From Bugula neritina (taxonomy: Eukaryota > Animalia > Bryozoa), in contig OZ037769.1 in the NCBI GenBank assembly GCA_964035545.1, positions 5,871,929-5,935,928 of the forward strand: a stretch of 64,000 nucleotides of DNA, given 5' to 3'. Both the position numbers and the translations under genes were made by a program. Position 1 is the stretch's first letter. Each line of letters begins with the position of its first letter. Of this stretch, positions 51,717-64,000 are shown in pieces. Under the pieces are notes generated by a model. The model did no database searches. It worked only from the letters and a program-made list of their open reading frames with translations, and was not told the origin of the DNA.

Positions 51717-54544
51717 TTATACACACTTGCAACTGGTGATAGTTTGAAGTTGCCCTACTCTAATAACCCCATCCCTACCTTCATATAGCATATTCAGTGG
51801 TTGTTTGCTTGCTGGAATGCACGCAGTTCCAGTGTCTTCACTGTTCAGTTTAAGCAACATTTCTTGTCTTAATATGCTCTGTGAAGGTAGCATAGCCCGT
51901 TCCATGGAGCTCATAGTTTTTAGGCTACAGCTTCCTTCACAATAATTAGCTGTATATCTTTGAGGGTGTATTATCCAGTGCCACCCTAATGTCTCAAAGT
52001 CCACAGTTAATGATTTTAGGCAACAGTTGCCCATGCATCTGTCTGTAGGTTTGTAAGAGACGGTCACGACTTTTGGAAGTTGTGTTTCCATTGGTTCAAG
52101 AGAAAGAATAACGTCTTTAGAATGATGAGTCATTTTACTCTTAAAACGAATTTGCACTTTGAACTGAACGCTGCTATCATTGTTCAGCATCAGAGAGCTC
52201 GTAAATTGTTTCTTTGGTAGTCTCACTTTATACCACCCACCAGATAAGAGGGCAGTCTGAGCTCTGCCCATATACACTCTCTGCCTCTTATAGATAAGAT
52301 CTAAATCCACCCAGTGCTGCCGATATAAGCCTACGCTTTTCTTATGTCTTGCAGATGAATTAGAGTTGGTACTGTTATAGAGGTAGAGGGAAATTCTTTT
52401 AGCATTCATCACATGTTTGTAGGGCAGCACAAAACTGGCCCTGAGTGACTGATGGCCGAACTCAGCTACAAGTAATGACATGATATAGTATATAATTATT
52501 TTTATTTGTTTTTAATTATTATAAGCTATTGAATCAAAATAATATCTTAAAATTTCCATGCTACAACTGCATTCTGTCTAGAGTCTAGACCCATAAGTCT
52601 AGAATACCAAAGAATGAGCAACTTTGCACCCCAAGTCATGCCTTGTCAAACTGACACTGTTGCTATATTACTAATACTATCATAATGCACATAATTATCA
52701 CATTACGGAAATAATATTTGATATATATCAATAAATTGGTTAAAATTTTGATTTCTTATATTTTTAAACATGGCATCTTCATAGCAAAGTTTTATTTTCA
52801 GTTCATATTATGAATATGCCTAATTAAAACTAATCCCGGTCAAGTTGTTCAAATATACAGGTAATTTAAAAAAGTTAAATGGATAGAAAAATATACAAAC
52901 TTAGGTTCATTTTTAAAAAAAATAGTTATAATTTAGTTCTTCACTTCATAGCTATGATCTAAGCCCTAAGGTTATTATCTAAAGTCATATTTTTTATAGA
53001 TTCTTTAGATGCAACTAGAGACATGATCTACTATATACTCAACAGTAATAGATTATTTCAAAATAACATGGATTCCTACAATGTTACTAAAACAGCCTTC
53101 TTGGGGAAAGCCAAAATTTTACCCCTTAAAATTAATTCATAATAGTCGGGCAGTAGAGCATAAATTGTTTATAACCGCTGAAAGCCTAATTTAGGCTTCA
53201 AAAAGTTCATTGCTTTTTATAATAAAGGGTTTTACAAATATAATATGAGAAAATAATTGGAGATAATATGATGATTTTCAGTATTGGCAGCAATTAGAGG
53301 CTGCAGCAGCAAATACTTTTGTTGATTGATGTTGGCAAAATCAATCTAAAATCACCTGGCAGCAGATTACTAGTTGTTTATCTAAAGACCTGAGAACTGA
53401 AGTATAAATGTCAGCAATCAAAAGTGAGTTCCCCAAATGTACTATCTGTATATCATTTCTACAGTTCTACAAATGTATTATATGTATCAATAATTTCAGT
53501 TCTACAACCATACATGTGCAAAATATAGACTATTAATAAAGGTTTGTTCAACATCCAGCAGTGTGTGTACGTACGACAGTAGCTAATCTACGTAAGTTCA
53601 ATCTTTCAATGGTACTGTCTAATTACTCACTCTAAATATTGTTTTTTGAGTGAAGAAATACATCATTTAATGCAAATGTATTACAGATACTTTACATGTA
53701 CTAGTGTGTCATATAATATTTTATACATTTTTTTGATGTGTTGTAGTAGCTATCAGAAACTTGTATATTTCATGTCATTTAAATTCTTCAGCCATTTACT
53801 AATGCAAAAGCCTTGCTTGTATTTAACCCGTATTGTATACTAATATACTGGCTACTGATAAATTCTATTTATGTGTCAAAGCAAACTCGCCATCCCTGCC
53901 ATCCCTGCAAGAAACCCTTGATAAAAATAGTCTTTTTGGTTAGACTGTCCTAAGGACAATTATTCAGATGGGGCATAGGAGCAGTTAGAGCTGGATGCTC
54001 TTCCTAACATCACCAATGGCCTTTGTTGGGGCTCGAAGCCATGACCCTGGATTTACTAAGTTAGTGCTCTAACCCCTAGACCACAGCTGCTCCCTCTACT
54101 TATGTATTATAACATAATTATGTTAAATAATATATAATGTTGAATCTGCTTTGCTTTAATTACATGCTGACTTATACTATATATGGTTGCTATCTTCACA
54201 AAAATGCAAATCAAGAATTGCGTTATAATAACGCATCCACATAATTTTGATCTTGAAGTGTTTTGGTGTAAAACGTCTTTCCATTGAGTAAAACTAAGGA
54301 TAAAAATATACAAACGGCAGCAAAGTTTACCTGTGTCAGCGAGATATAGACTGGTATTCTTATGGCTGTGCTGCAGAAGTTTTGATGTATGGAACCAGTG
54401 ATCACCTGCAGGAAGAGTAGATTTGTGTCCACTTGTAGTCTGGAATTTTCTATCATCTGCTACTACTAAGCAAAAACTATGCAGAAAATAAAGATATGAA
54501 ACAAACACAATAACCTGTGTATTAGCTTCAAATAACCAATTCAT
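51717..54544 (-). CDS. Divergent activin/myostatin-class TGF-beta family ligand (lacks inter-chain Cys and furin site)
   Basis: Exon 1, 54544-54331 (signal peptide MNWLFEANTQVIVFVSYLYFLHSFCLVVA), splices in phase 1 to exon 2, 52465-51717. Cystine-knot domain C..CC.....DF..LGW.WII.P..Y.ANYC.G.C...AC-IP...L..LY...CKC. Confidence 0.9.
53888..54094 (-). mobile_element. tRNA-derived SINE in the intron of the divergent TGF-beta gene
   Basis: Reverse complement reads GGGAGCAGCTGTGGTCTAGGGGTTAGAGC..GGCTTCGAGCCC..CAAAGGCCATTGGTGATGTTAGGAAGAGCATCCAG..CAGGGATGG. Confidence 0.9.
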
Positions 54545-56236
54545 TGCAAATACAGTGCAGTATATGAAAAATCATTCCCCTCTGAGCTGGCTGCAGTGTG
54601 GCGCACTTCTGCCCAATTATTCATTCGGACTCATCATTTCTAATGACTTTATAATTATTAGCTGTTGTTGATCTCATCTCAAATATGTCAGACATTTAAT
54701 TAAGGGTTTTATTACTCATTGGGTCAGCATTGTCTTGCTATGCTCTCCATTAAGGAGTTGTCTGCTATATGTTTTTATTCTGTTTGCTTTACAGAACATA
54801 ATATTCCATGTCGTAATTCAAAAAGTTAAAGCCTGGCTTAGATCCTTATTTTTAGCTTTAACCTATAATTGTTCATATATTCAATTATCCTCATACTTGA
54901 GCTTAGATATTTCGAAGCACTACAAAATAAATTGAAAGCTAAAAATATTTTAAAACTTGTCTATTGTTATAATAAGAACGTCTTTTAAAACAATATTTTA
55001 AATGTTTTAGTCATGTATATTAGCAGTCATACTTGTAATAAGAACCTAATAGCTGATATGAGTAGTTTAGATAATTGAGAGTTATCTTCTCTCTGAGAGA
55101 ATCTACAAGGCTATATCACTTGATATTTGCGTTATCAATCAGTATAGTGACATTTTAACTACTACCGAAGTGTTCTCTGAAGACTATATAGACAAATGTT
55201 GCTTTTATTTTTACATCATCTAAAAAATAGAAAAAAAATTTGCGTGTAGTGTATACAATATTGCAAAACATGTTTACAATATATTTATTTTTATATTCTA
55301 TACTTTCGAATGCTTATATGCTAAATATAAAGATAATAATAACTGCGGCTATTTATAGCACTTCATTGCATAGAGGAGATTGTATATTAGGAGCTCACAT
55401 TACTATTACTGTTGGCTATTGGCTGTGCTACAGGGGATGAGATTGAAACATTAATTTGCAGTATTACTTTCAATAAACTGTGGATAAGCCTGGGCTTTAA
55501 TTTTCAATTTAAATGATATTTTAAGAGTTTTCTGCTCACTAATCATGAAAATGGACCATAAATGTGCTGAGTAGAAAAGTCATATGGCGAGACTAACTAA
55601 CCACAAAGGGTACCCACTTTTTGTACTCCTATAACTCTAAAAAGTATACTGTTTTAACTCTGCAAATGATACATCTGTTTTGAATTTTCAAATTTTGTTA
55701 GCCACTATTTTTGTACCCAAAATCCATCAAAACTTTACTTTAAGTTCAGAATTGACCAGGTTAACATGGTATATACAATGAAGTCTATAAATAAAAGTGA
55801 AATAATATTGTTGTTTAGATAATTACATCTTTTCTTCAGGTAGGCTACACTATAAAGATTTTATTTTGCTGGTTTGGAAAGCTTTATTCTTTGAAACTGT
55901 TATAATTCTTTTATTATTCATAAATTGTAATGAAAAACCTTCGATAGATATAAGATATTCATTGTGAATAAGTGCGGTCAGGTGCAACTTGGAGTTGTCT
56001 CTTCTCTGAGATAAACCCTAACCTTCTAGCAGACTACATACTATCAAAATGCAATTACACAGCTTTGTAACTGATCTCAGTGGTTTAAAATAAACAAGAT
56101 GGATAAGCTGTTTATTTTCCTATTCGGCATCAGTGCTCTGGCCTTGTTTTTTAGAACTATCCAAAACAAATACAGCAAAGAGTTGATGTAGCTTATGAAA
56201 ATATGAAAGGAATGAAGTAAAAACTTTAAAGAAAGC

Positions 56237-56275
56237 TGATTGGTTGATATTTACCTCTGTAGTATATATAAAGCA
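56237..56275 (+). promoter_or_regulatory. CCAAT box (reverse) plus TATA box of the myostatin-like gene
   Basis: TGATTGG at 56237-56243 and TATATATAAAG at ~56263-56273, about 110 nt upstream of the ATG at 56379. Confidence 0.6.
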
Positions 56276-56378
56276 GAAGCAGAGAGAAAATGACTAATTT
56301 GGATTTTGCAGTATAACTTGGCTCACACTAAACACAGGTTTTTACAGATTGTAAAACCATTGATTGCTTGATCTCAAA

Positions 56379-59300
56379 ATGCATCTCATAGGCAAACTCT
56401 CGTATTTTCTTGCAATATTGACTATTTTAATACAGCTTATAGGTTCTGCAACATCAGAACAAAAAAGTCAGTCATTAAGTGGACTTTTAAATATAATAAA
56501 AATGTCATCAGGCCATGGAGAGCCTACAGTAAATAAAAATGGACAGCGATCTACTAAAAATCTGTATATGACATCACGTCTTGGCAGTGCGTCCACTCGA
56601 ACTCCGAACTCTGATGACGACCTTGAGACTGATTCTGACAGCAGTGGAGGCTCCAGCAGTGAAACTGATCTCCCAGATCCTATTTTCTTAGCCAAAAGTC
56701 AAATTCACACTCAAATACAAACTGCGCAAGATAGAGAAACCACACACTTAGAGATGCAGGAATTCCGGAAAGAGGAAATAAAGCATTTGTTGCTTCAAAA
56801 GCTGCAGCTAGACCGACTACCAAAGCCTAACATGACTAATCTATATCGCCGATTTCCAGCTCACTTACTGCGGCACCAAAATGAAGGGCTACAGATGGAT
56901 GCCCCAGCAAGAACAGACAACTACCACATTAAAATTCAGCGAATGATCCGATTCTCTCAACAAAGTAAGTTTCATTTAATCATTATAAAGCAATACAGGT
57001 CAAATTTTAGATAGTGTTGACTTTAGAGAAATATTCAATTAATTTCAAGTGCATAAGATTTTGAGAATAGATATAATCACCAATTCACTATGTAAGCGAC
57101 TGTAAATGCACTAGTTGAGGTCATGTTGGCAACACTGCAGAGTTGCCAGTACAAGTTGCTGATGCACAAGATACTGCGTAAACAGTAATGGACTGCACCT
57201 ACCAGGTGAAAGCCCATTGTTAAACAACTGAATATGCTTCACAGTTAAATAAACTTTAGCACTTGAATTTGTCATATTGAAAACATAAAGCTTTATCTGA
57301 ACTCAAGGTAGATTTTCGTGAACCTGAAAAAATTGTTGATGGTTACCAATCAATTGATTAAACATTGGTGCAAAAAGGGATTGCACTAACAGAGGTTTCT
57401 AACAGCTGTCGTTGCATATTGTACTTAAATTTCATTTTAGTTTAATTTGATTTATTCTGTTTGACCAGATTAACATAAAAAATATGGTAATAAGAAAGCA
57501 AATAAATATAAAAAACAGACTGTTAGTGATAGAAAAAGCGTCACTACACCAGTACAAGGCTCATTGAACTTACAGTGCCACTTTCCGTCTTTTTCATCAT
57601 GCAGATATACAAAACTATCGCACTAAAGTTAAAAACTTTCTAAAAATAAGACTCATGCACAGCAGCCTAGCACAGATTTGATCACCACAGTCTTTTTGTA
57701 GCTTTGTCTAAAGTCACACATTCATTTTAGGGGTTTGAAAAGGATCATTTGCAACTTTTGGCTTCACTGACTTAATACAATTGATCAGATAGCATCATTG
57801 CATAGAATTGTATGGACCTTGTAATAAGATAAATGCTTTATACAGGAACAGCTGGAAGGCGTATTTGCCAAATGAAAGCATACGTGTTGTTACCCCATGA
57901 GACTAAACTCTGTGCTTGTGCAATGCATGCATTGCCATTATACTAAAACACATTTCTAGTCAGCAGTAGTAGTCTCTGCAGAATATAAACTTGCTTAAAC
58001 TCTCCGCAGACTTCCTACGTATCTCTAACGGGAAACTAAACTTAACCTAATTCTAAAGAAGATGTTGAGCAACATGCACTTTGATTAGTTAGAGTTGATG
58101 CCAAGGTCACTGAAGGCCACACAGCTGCTGAATATCTAGATATTTATACTTTAAAATAAGAATCAACTGATGATTTTAAATTAGAAAAACTAGTTGAGGC
58201 AAACTTCCGGGAATGCAAAAATAATAAAGAAACTTTCAAAATAGCATTTCTAAATTCTTAGCTAAAGTTTTGTTTTGTTTTTAGTGTAAAACATTTTCCA
58301 AAGTAAAATGCTTGAAGTATTTTACAATGTTATTGTAAAGTGCTATTTGTGACAGTGTTATTTGCAAAAGTTGGCCTTTTTTAAGATGTAAATTAAATAT
58401 GTTCATTCACAACTCATCAATAAGCATCATATTTTCTCTTGTAAAAAATTTGAATTCATTTGACCTCAAATGTTTATATTGAAAATACAACTATTCTTTT
58501 TAGCAATATACAAGCAGCATTTCTGAGAAGATTTGGCATGGTATTATAAGCAGGTTCAAAGTCAACATTACTTGCATATTTTAAATAAAGCAAGTACCAT
58601 AGCTGTGTACTTTAGTGCGTAAAAAATGCTAAGTTCACTTTCTTATCGCTGCCTTTACACGAATTGAATAGAAGTCATTGCATAGCTAAGGCCACTAAGC
58701 CAATAATAGTTTGGTGTCTTCCTTAGTGAGGAAAGTGAATATGTCATTTGCTTTGCAGCTAGGCCTTCAAATTAACGCGTGGGGAGACCGAGCACCCAAT
58801 CTAAATTTGAAAGCACTAGTTAGAACCACTACTCTATAACTTGAATATTTAAGTAAACTCTGAAAATGTTAAATATTGCTTTCAATTAAATATATTCAAG
58901 GCACTATAAAGCTAAAAGGTATTTTGATATTTAGTAAAAATTGTCAATTTGACCATAGGAAAACCAGCAAATATCGATTAATTAACTGTTTACTTAAAGT
59001 ACAAGTAAACAGTTTACATATCGCAGAAGTTCTAAGCACTATAAAATTAACAAACATTGCTAAATGGCCTATTTTATTGCAGCCTGCAACTTGCAGTAAA
59101 TATATTTCATGCTTTATCTAGAATTTTGCTGACAAAACATTTATATGACTAACCAGTAACTTAGCCAACTTTGTAGCGTATCACTAGTTGAGATAGTAGC
59201 GTCTATCGTCTATCGGTTGGTAAAATGTCGATAAAAAGTTATTGGAAGGAATGAAAGTGTCTGCAGTGGGGGTGAAGTAACTGTTTGTTTTGTCTAGCCT

Positions 59301-61643
59301 AGCCAGAACCATCATGTCAAATTACTTTAAATGGCTGGCTGAAACATTGCATCTACTCAGCATAAAATGGAATAACGCTGCAAGATTTAGAGACTCTTTT
59401 GATGCAATCAATACCAATAGTTAATTATAGAGAGAAAATTTTCTGATTATAGAATTGATTATAGTAGGCAGTGTCTTGTTTGAGCAAATAATTACAGTAA
59501 TGGACTATGCAAGAAAACTCAGTATCTTGCAGCCTTTTGCAAGAATGTAGCCCTAGACGAAAAACCTATCAGTGTATCGAGTCAATACCAGCTACTTCCT
59601 CATCTTAGACATTAGAACTAGGGTTATTTGACAGTTACTATGCCAACCAGTAGTGATGCTATAGAAGTATTATGATATCATGTAAACTCACTCTAACTGA
59701 AAACAAATATGCCAACATTTCGAAGTGCATTAACTGAAGAAGCTCAAATAAATACAGCGGTCACATTCTTTACTTAAAATATTATCAAAAACGAAGGTGT
59801 GCAGTCGTGTGTGGGGGCTAAATGAGGTATTTTGTTGCGCAGAGAACAAGCACTACTGCATATTAAAATGTAATGAATATTTTGGGGTATTTTATCGGGC
59901 AGGTGTAATGTAGAAATTGGGTAATAAGTGTGTTTATCTGGATGCATATTAGAAGCACTGTTGTATTAACATAACCTCCTACAGCTTATGTTTACATTAC
60001 TCAACTGAGTGGCTTTCAATTATTTATTAGTTACTCATTATAATAGGTCATTCATTGTTTTTAAAATTCTGTTTCATTTTCATTGTTAATGCTAGTTTAA
60101 CCTTTTCAATTGTGACATGAGTGCTAGAAGTGTAAAGTGATTTGTTATGATAATTTTGTCATCATTTAGCAGGTTGTTTAGCTGTTATTGTATGTATTTA
60201 TATATTCCATGCAGTTTTGAACTAACTTTTTAACTTCAATAATAACCTGAACTTAATTACTTTGTATTAAGGCAATCTGATTGGGCAAGGCAACAGATTT
60301 GCTAATGATAAATTTAGCTACTATTGCCAGCAAGTCATGCAAATAATTTGATTGTATGGAATAGGTCCCCTAAACAGGTGTCTTTGGCCTACCCAATATG
60401 GGAAGTTTGTACTTGAAATCAATTCCAAGTTAGTAAAAAGAGTATTGCAAGCTACTGGCACTACTTTTACAATATTAAAAAGTTCAGCCATTGCCTGCGG
60501 AAGCTTCTAATTTCGAATATAATAGGATACAGTGAAATATCAATGGTGATCATAAAAATCACATCTTTGTCAGATTAACTGTAAAGTGATGTTGTTTTTA
60601 GTGCCCAGTGAAAAGGCAGCGCAGGTAGCTGATTCAGATTCAACTATGTACTTCCCAATGCCGTTCTCCGTGGACAGAAGCAGCATAAAGAAAGCAACGC
60701 TGTTGGTGTACGTGGAGGAGCCAGAGTGGTACAACAACGAGCTTCTGACTCTGAGAGTTCTCAGTAACCGACTCAACAAATACATCGCCAGTCAGCATTT
60801 TCGTCTGAAACAGGGAAGCCAGTGGCAGCACGTAGACATCACAGAGGAAAGCCAGAGTTGGGTTGACCATGAGTGGACGAACAACCTAGGTCTGGTGGCG
60901 GAGGTCATGTTGAATGGTGTTAACCTAGTCAATTATAACAGCAGCATAAAACCAACAAATGAAACAATTTCACGAGTAAGTCAGCCCTGAATATTGTGTA
61001 TCAGCTTGCTCATTGCATAACTTTTATCAGATAACAGTTGTTTGTGATGTTGCAGTTTTTGTGTAAGAGTTGGCTAGATTAATATTCAGAATTAACCGTG
61101 CATGCAAAATATAAGAATCGTTATTGTTGTTATTGTATGTGGGCAATAGAGTTGAAAATTAAGTGTGCTAATTAACTTGCACCCAATATGAACTACCCTG
61201 ATTTATTTACAATGCCAAATTTCTCATTGAGATTTTTAATATAATTTTAGTTGCCACTAGTCAAACTAGAGATCAATGCGGCTCATCACCAGCGACAGAA
61301 GAGGTCTTCGTCTTCAGATCTTCCTCTGGCATGTTCCCCAGAAGATCAGGAAAAAAGATGCTGTAAATATCGTTTTGTTATTGATTTCGATACTATGGGA
61401 TCAGATTATGATTTTATTGTTGTCCCTAGAAGATATTATGCAAACTACTGCAAGGGCACGTGTCCCAAATACCATATTCCAGCTAACCCACATTACCAAC
61501 TAACACTGAATGTGAAGACAACTCAGCGATGCTGTGCCCCGTCGGAATATTCATCTCTCAACATTATCTTCTACCATGAGAACGGGTCCATGTATGAGGG
61601 GGACCTGCCTGGCATGTCAATATCAGCTTGCAGTTGCGGCTGA
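56379..61643 (+). CDS. MSTN: Myostatin/GDF8-11-like TGF-beta family precursor
   Basis: Exons 56379-56964, 60602-60975, 61251-61643 (intron phases 1 and 0). Signal peptide; latency helix EFRKEEIKHLLLQKLQLDRLPKPN; QMD..DNYH segment matching the tolloid-site region of myostatin; furin site RQKR; 9-Cys mature domain with CC..P.RY.ANYC.G.CP...CCAP...CSC. The symbol denotes family-level similarity, not proven orthology. Confidence 0.88.
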
Positions 61644-62813
61644 GCCTGTCATTCTCTTCAGCCAATCGGAACTTCTCATCTATAAGTCAGAATATGATTA
61701 TTCTCATCACTATACAATATGCATGATATGAATATTGCTTTAATTAGACCTACAAATAGGTTTGTGCATAATATATATATAATGTAGATAATTGCATAGT
61801 ATTATAGAATATAGATTATATTTATTAAAGCATTGAATGCTACCAAATACCAAAAATTTTTGCTATCTTAAAAAGCTTTCGTTCAGCTTTTCTGGTAGTT
61901 GTGCAATTCCTTTCTTATCTAATTTTGTAGTTCATATTAATTTTAGCTAATTTAGCAGTAATTATGTATATATTAGCAATTTCATGTCATATTACTGTTT
62001 TGCAGTTGGTCTTTAGTTGATTTTGCCATCAATTTTTTCTCAGCATTGTAATATTTGCTACTGTAATAAACATGCTAGGCAGAAAAATCGGGATTTGCAT
62101 TACAAAAATTAATTAATAAACATTCAATTTAATAATATTTTATTTTGGCAGCTTATAATTATACTTTTTGTTGTCAAAGATTTGTAAGTGTTTTGCAAAC
62201 CTTTGTTGTATATCTTTGGTTTTAAATCATTTATTTAAAAAGTTTAGCTATTTTTCTGCCCATATTGTTTAAAATCAAATTTTTATTTATAAGTGGACTT
62301 GTAAAACAGGAAAACTTATGCATCCCTGAAGTTTTATAAATCATATAAGTTGTAATACTTGCAACTTTACGTTATTATGATCAAAGATCTGTTCTTTATG
62401 GCCTGTAAATACTGCTTTTCCAATCATCAATTAGCAAATACAATATAACAAATTATGAACTTGACCAGCTTTCAAAATATTATATATTGCAGTAATTAAA
62501 AACTCACACTAGTAAAATGTTGACTACTCTAAAGCAGCAATATGCTACATAATCAGGTTTGTTTTCAAAATAAAAATATATAGATTTTTTGAAAAAAATT
62601 CAAATAAATTTGAATTAGACTGCAATATGTTTTAATAAAAGATTCTATAGTGATGATGAGTCAAAGCAAAGAGTAGACAGTGAATGCATCAAGCAATTAC
62701 TTGCACTGTTCTGCTAACTTCCCTAAAAGCATGGCAGGAAAATGAATTATAAATAACTTATAAATTTTATTAAACTGCAATTCCTAGTGTTGAGATTCCT
62801 CGGTAGACCTCCT

Positions 62814-62887
62814 CCCCCACCCTGTAGTTTAATGGTTAACAGGCTAGCTTGTAAGTTGGAGGTCTGCGGCTCGATCTCAGGTGGGGG
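62814..62887 (+). pseudogene. Degenerate tRNA-Thr(TGT)-like sequence or SINE head embedded in an inverted repeat
   Basis: CCCCACC/GGTGGGG stem; A-box-like TAGTTTAATGG; CTTGTAA anticodon-like loop; AGGTC variable loop; B-box-like GGCTCGATC. Arm geometry is non-canonical. Confidence 0.55.
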
Positions 62888-63839
62888 GGGGGCAGAAGTT
62901 TTTACAAGAATTTCACTGCAATAGAATTCTCTAACAAGTTTACATAAGAATATTATGTGTGGCCAGTTAGATCTGACATCACATTTCTAGTTTATCACAT
63001 TATTAGTAGCTTTTTTCAAAAAGTGAGTTACTTGTGTGTGCAGTGTAGACGACATTGAGAGTTGTTAATAGAATATTTATTTCAATGGGCAGTTTGTCTT
63101 CAAATTAGGAATCGTAGTTTTAGTTGCTCAGGTTTCAATGAGTTGAATACTTCAGATAGTTAAACTTATGCTATATCATGTATTATATAAAAAGAGTTGG
63201 TGTAACAAAGCATTGACCCGGAGCTCTGGGAAGTCCACATAGGTAGAGAATAGCTATGCACCAAGCTCGAAATTCTTCAACTACTGCATGATCAAACAGC
63301 AACAATAAAACCCTACAATATTTTGCCTGTGGCGAAATATCTTGTGTATATAATCACTGCAATCACATCTAATGTAATTATTGCATAATCCAGGCAAGTC
63401 AAAGTTTGTGCTCATCAATTAGCAAGGCTACAAAAGGACCTTGAATTTATTTAATGAAACAACAAAAGGGGGCGAGCTCTATATATAGTATTATTGGATA
63501 ATAACCTTTCGGTTGGAAACTTTCTGCAAGAATGGACCTGTCAGTGCGAAGGTTATTCCATGACAGCTGCCTACCAGGTAGTCTAAACTCTAGGCAGCGC
63601 TGTTTTTGCTGACAGTTGGATTTAATAAAAATTTTATTTAAATTTAACGAGATATAAGTTTTGCACTTATTTTAGCATATGAAGTTGTCTCCCTTCAAAC
63701 TCAATAAAACCAAAGAACATGCATTTATGTACTTAAACATTTAAATTTTCTTTTCTTAAATGATTTAAATTTAAATGAGTGCTGAGTTTTATCATATGAT
63801 GAAAATGTTTAAATCCATAGCGTCACTAGAAAGTATCCT

Positions 63840-63882
63840 ACAGAGAATAGCTAACAGAAAATAGCTGACAGAGAATAGCTAA
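63840..63882. repeat. 14-bp tandem repeat x3
   Basis: ACAGAGAATAGCTA / ACAGAAAATAGCTG / ACAGAGAATAGCTA. Confidence 0.85.
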
Positions 63883-64000
63883 AAGACAGGCGGTAAAGAT
63901 GGAGTCTGAACCTTGACGAAAATTATGAGCAAAGGTCTCATCGGAAAGTTGTCGTCTGCCAGCAACACACTCTCAACTTCCTCCAACAAACATTCCAATT

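Noticed and set aside
54223-54456. ORF MIENSRLQ... as first exon of the minus TGF-beta gene
   Set aside because: Wrong phase at the 54331 donor; the overlapping frame starting at 54544 gives a signal peptide and the required phase 1.
63496-63620. Two adjacent hairpins followed by ACA (H/ACA-like)
   Set aside because: No ANANNA H box between the hairpins, and ACA is too far from the second stem.
63880-64000. Open frames at the window end
   Set aside because: Several frames on both strands are open for 25-40 codons; strand and product cannot be assigned.

Overview
AT-rich, intron-rich animal genomic DNA. A lophotrochozoan invertebrate is inferred from gene content and style only. Eight protein-coding genes could be spliced by hand from GT-AG sites and reading-frame phase: KRTCAP2 (+); a type I membrane mucin with a uromodulin/GP2-type D8C domain and an RKRR-containing SEA-like module (+); TMX2 (-); a large unidentified nuclear protein with a folded N-terminus and a long disordered tail (-); RPL29 (+); a small basic, possibly axonemal, protein (+); and a head-to-head pair of activin/myostatin-class TGF-beta genes. 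One of the pair is a conventional 3-exon myostatin-like gene. The other has lost its furin site, its latency helix and its inter-chain cysteine. Mobile DNA comprises a decayed 4.8-kb TTAA-flanked Kolobok-type transposon carrying a P2X7-ballast-like (KolX) pseudogene, a tRNA-derived SINE family (4 copies), and Harbinger- and Tc1/pogo-type MITEs. The main unexplained non-coding pattern is a set of 0.2-1.9 kb tracts with a 6-bp-phased ANT-NNN grammar. They lie next to the 5' ends of housekeeping-type genes and of the transposon's own genes, but not the TGF-beta or mucin genes.
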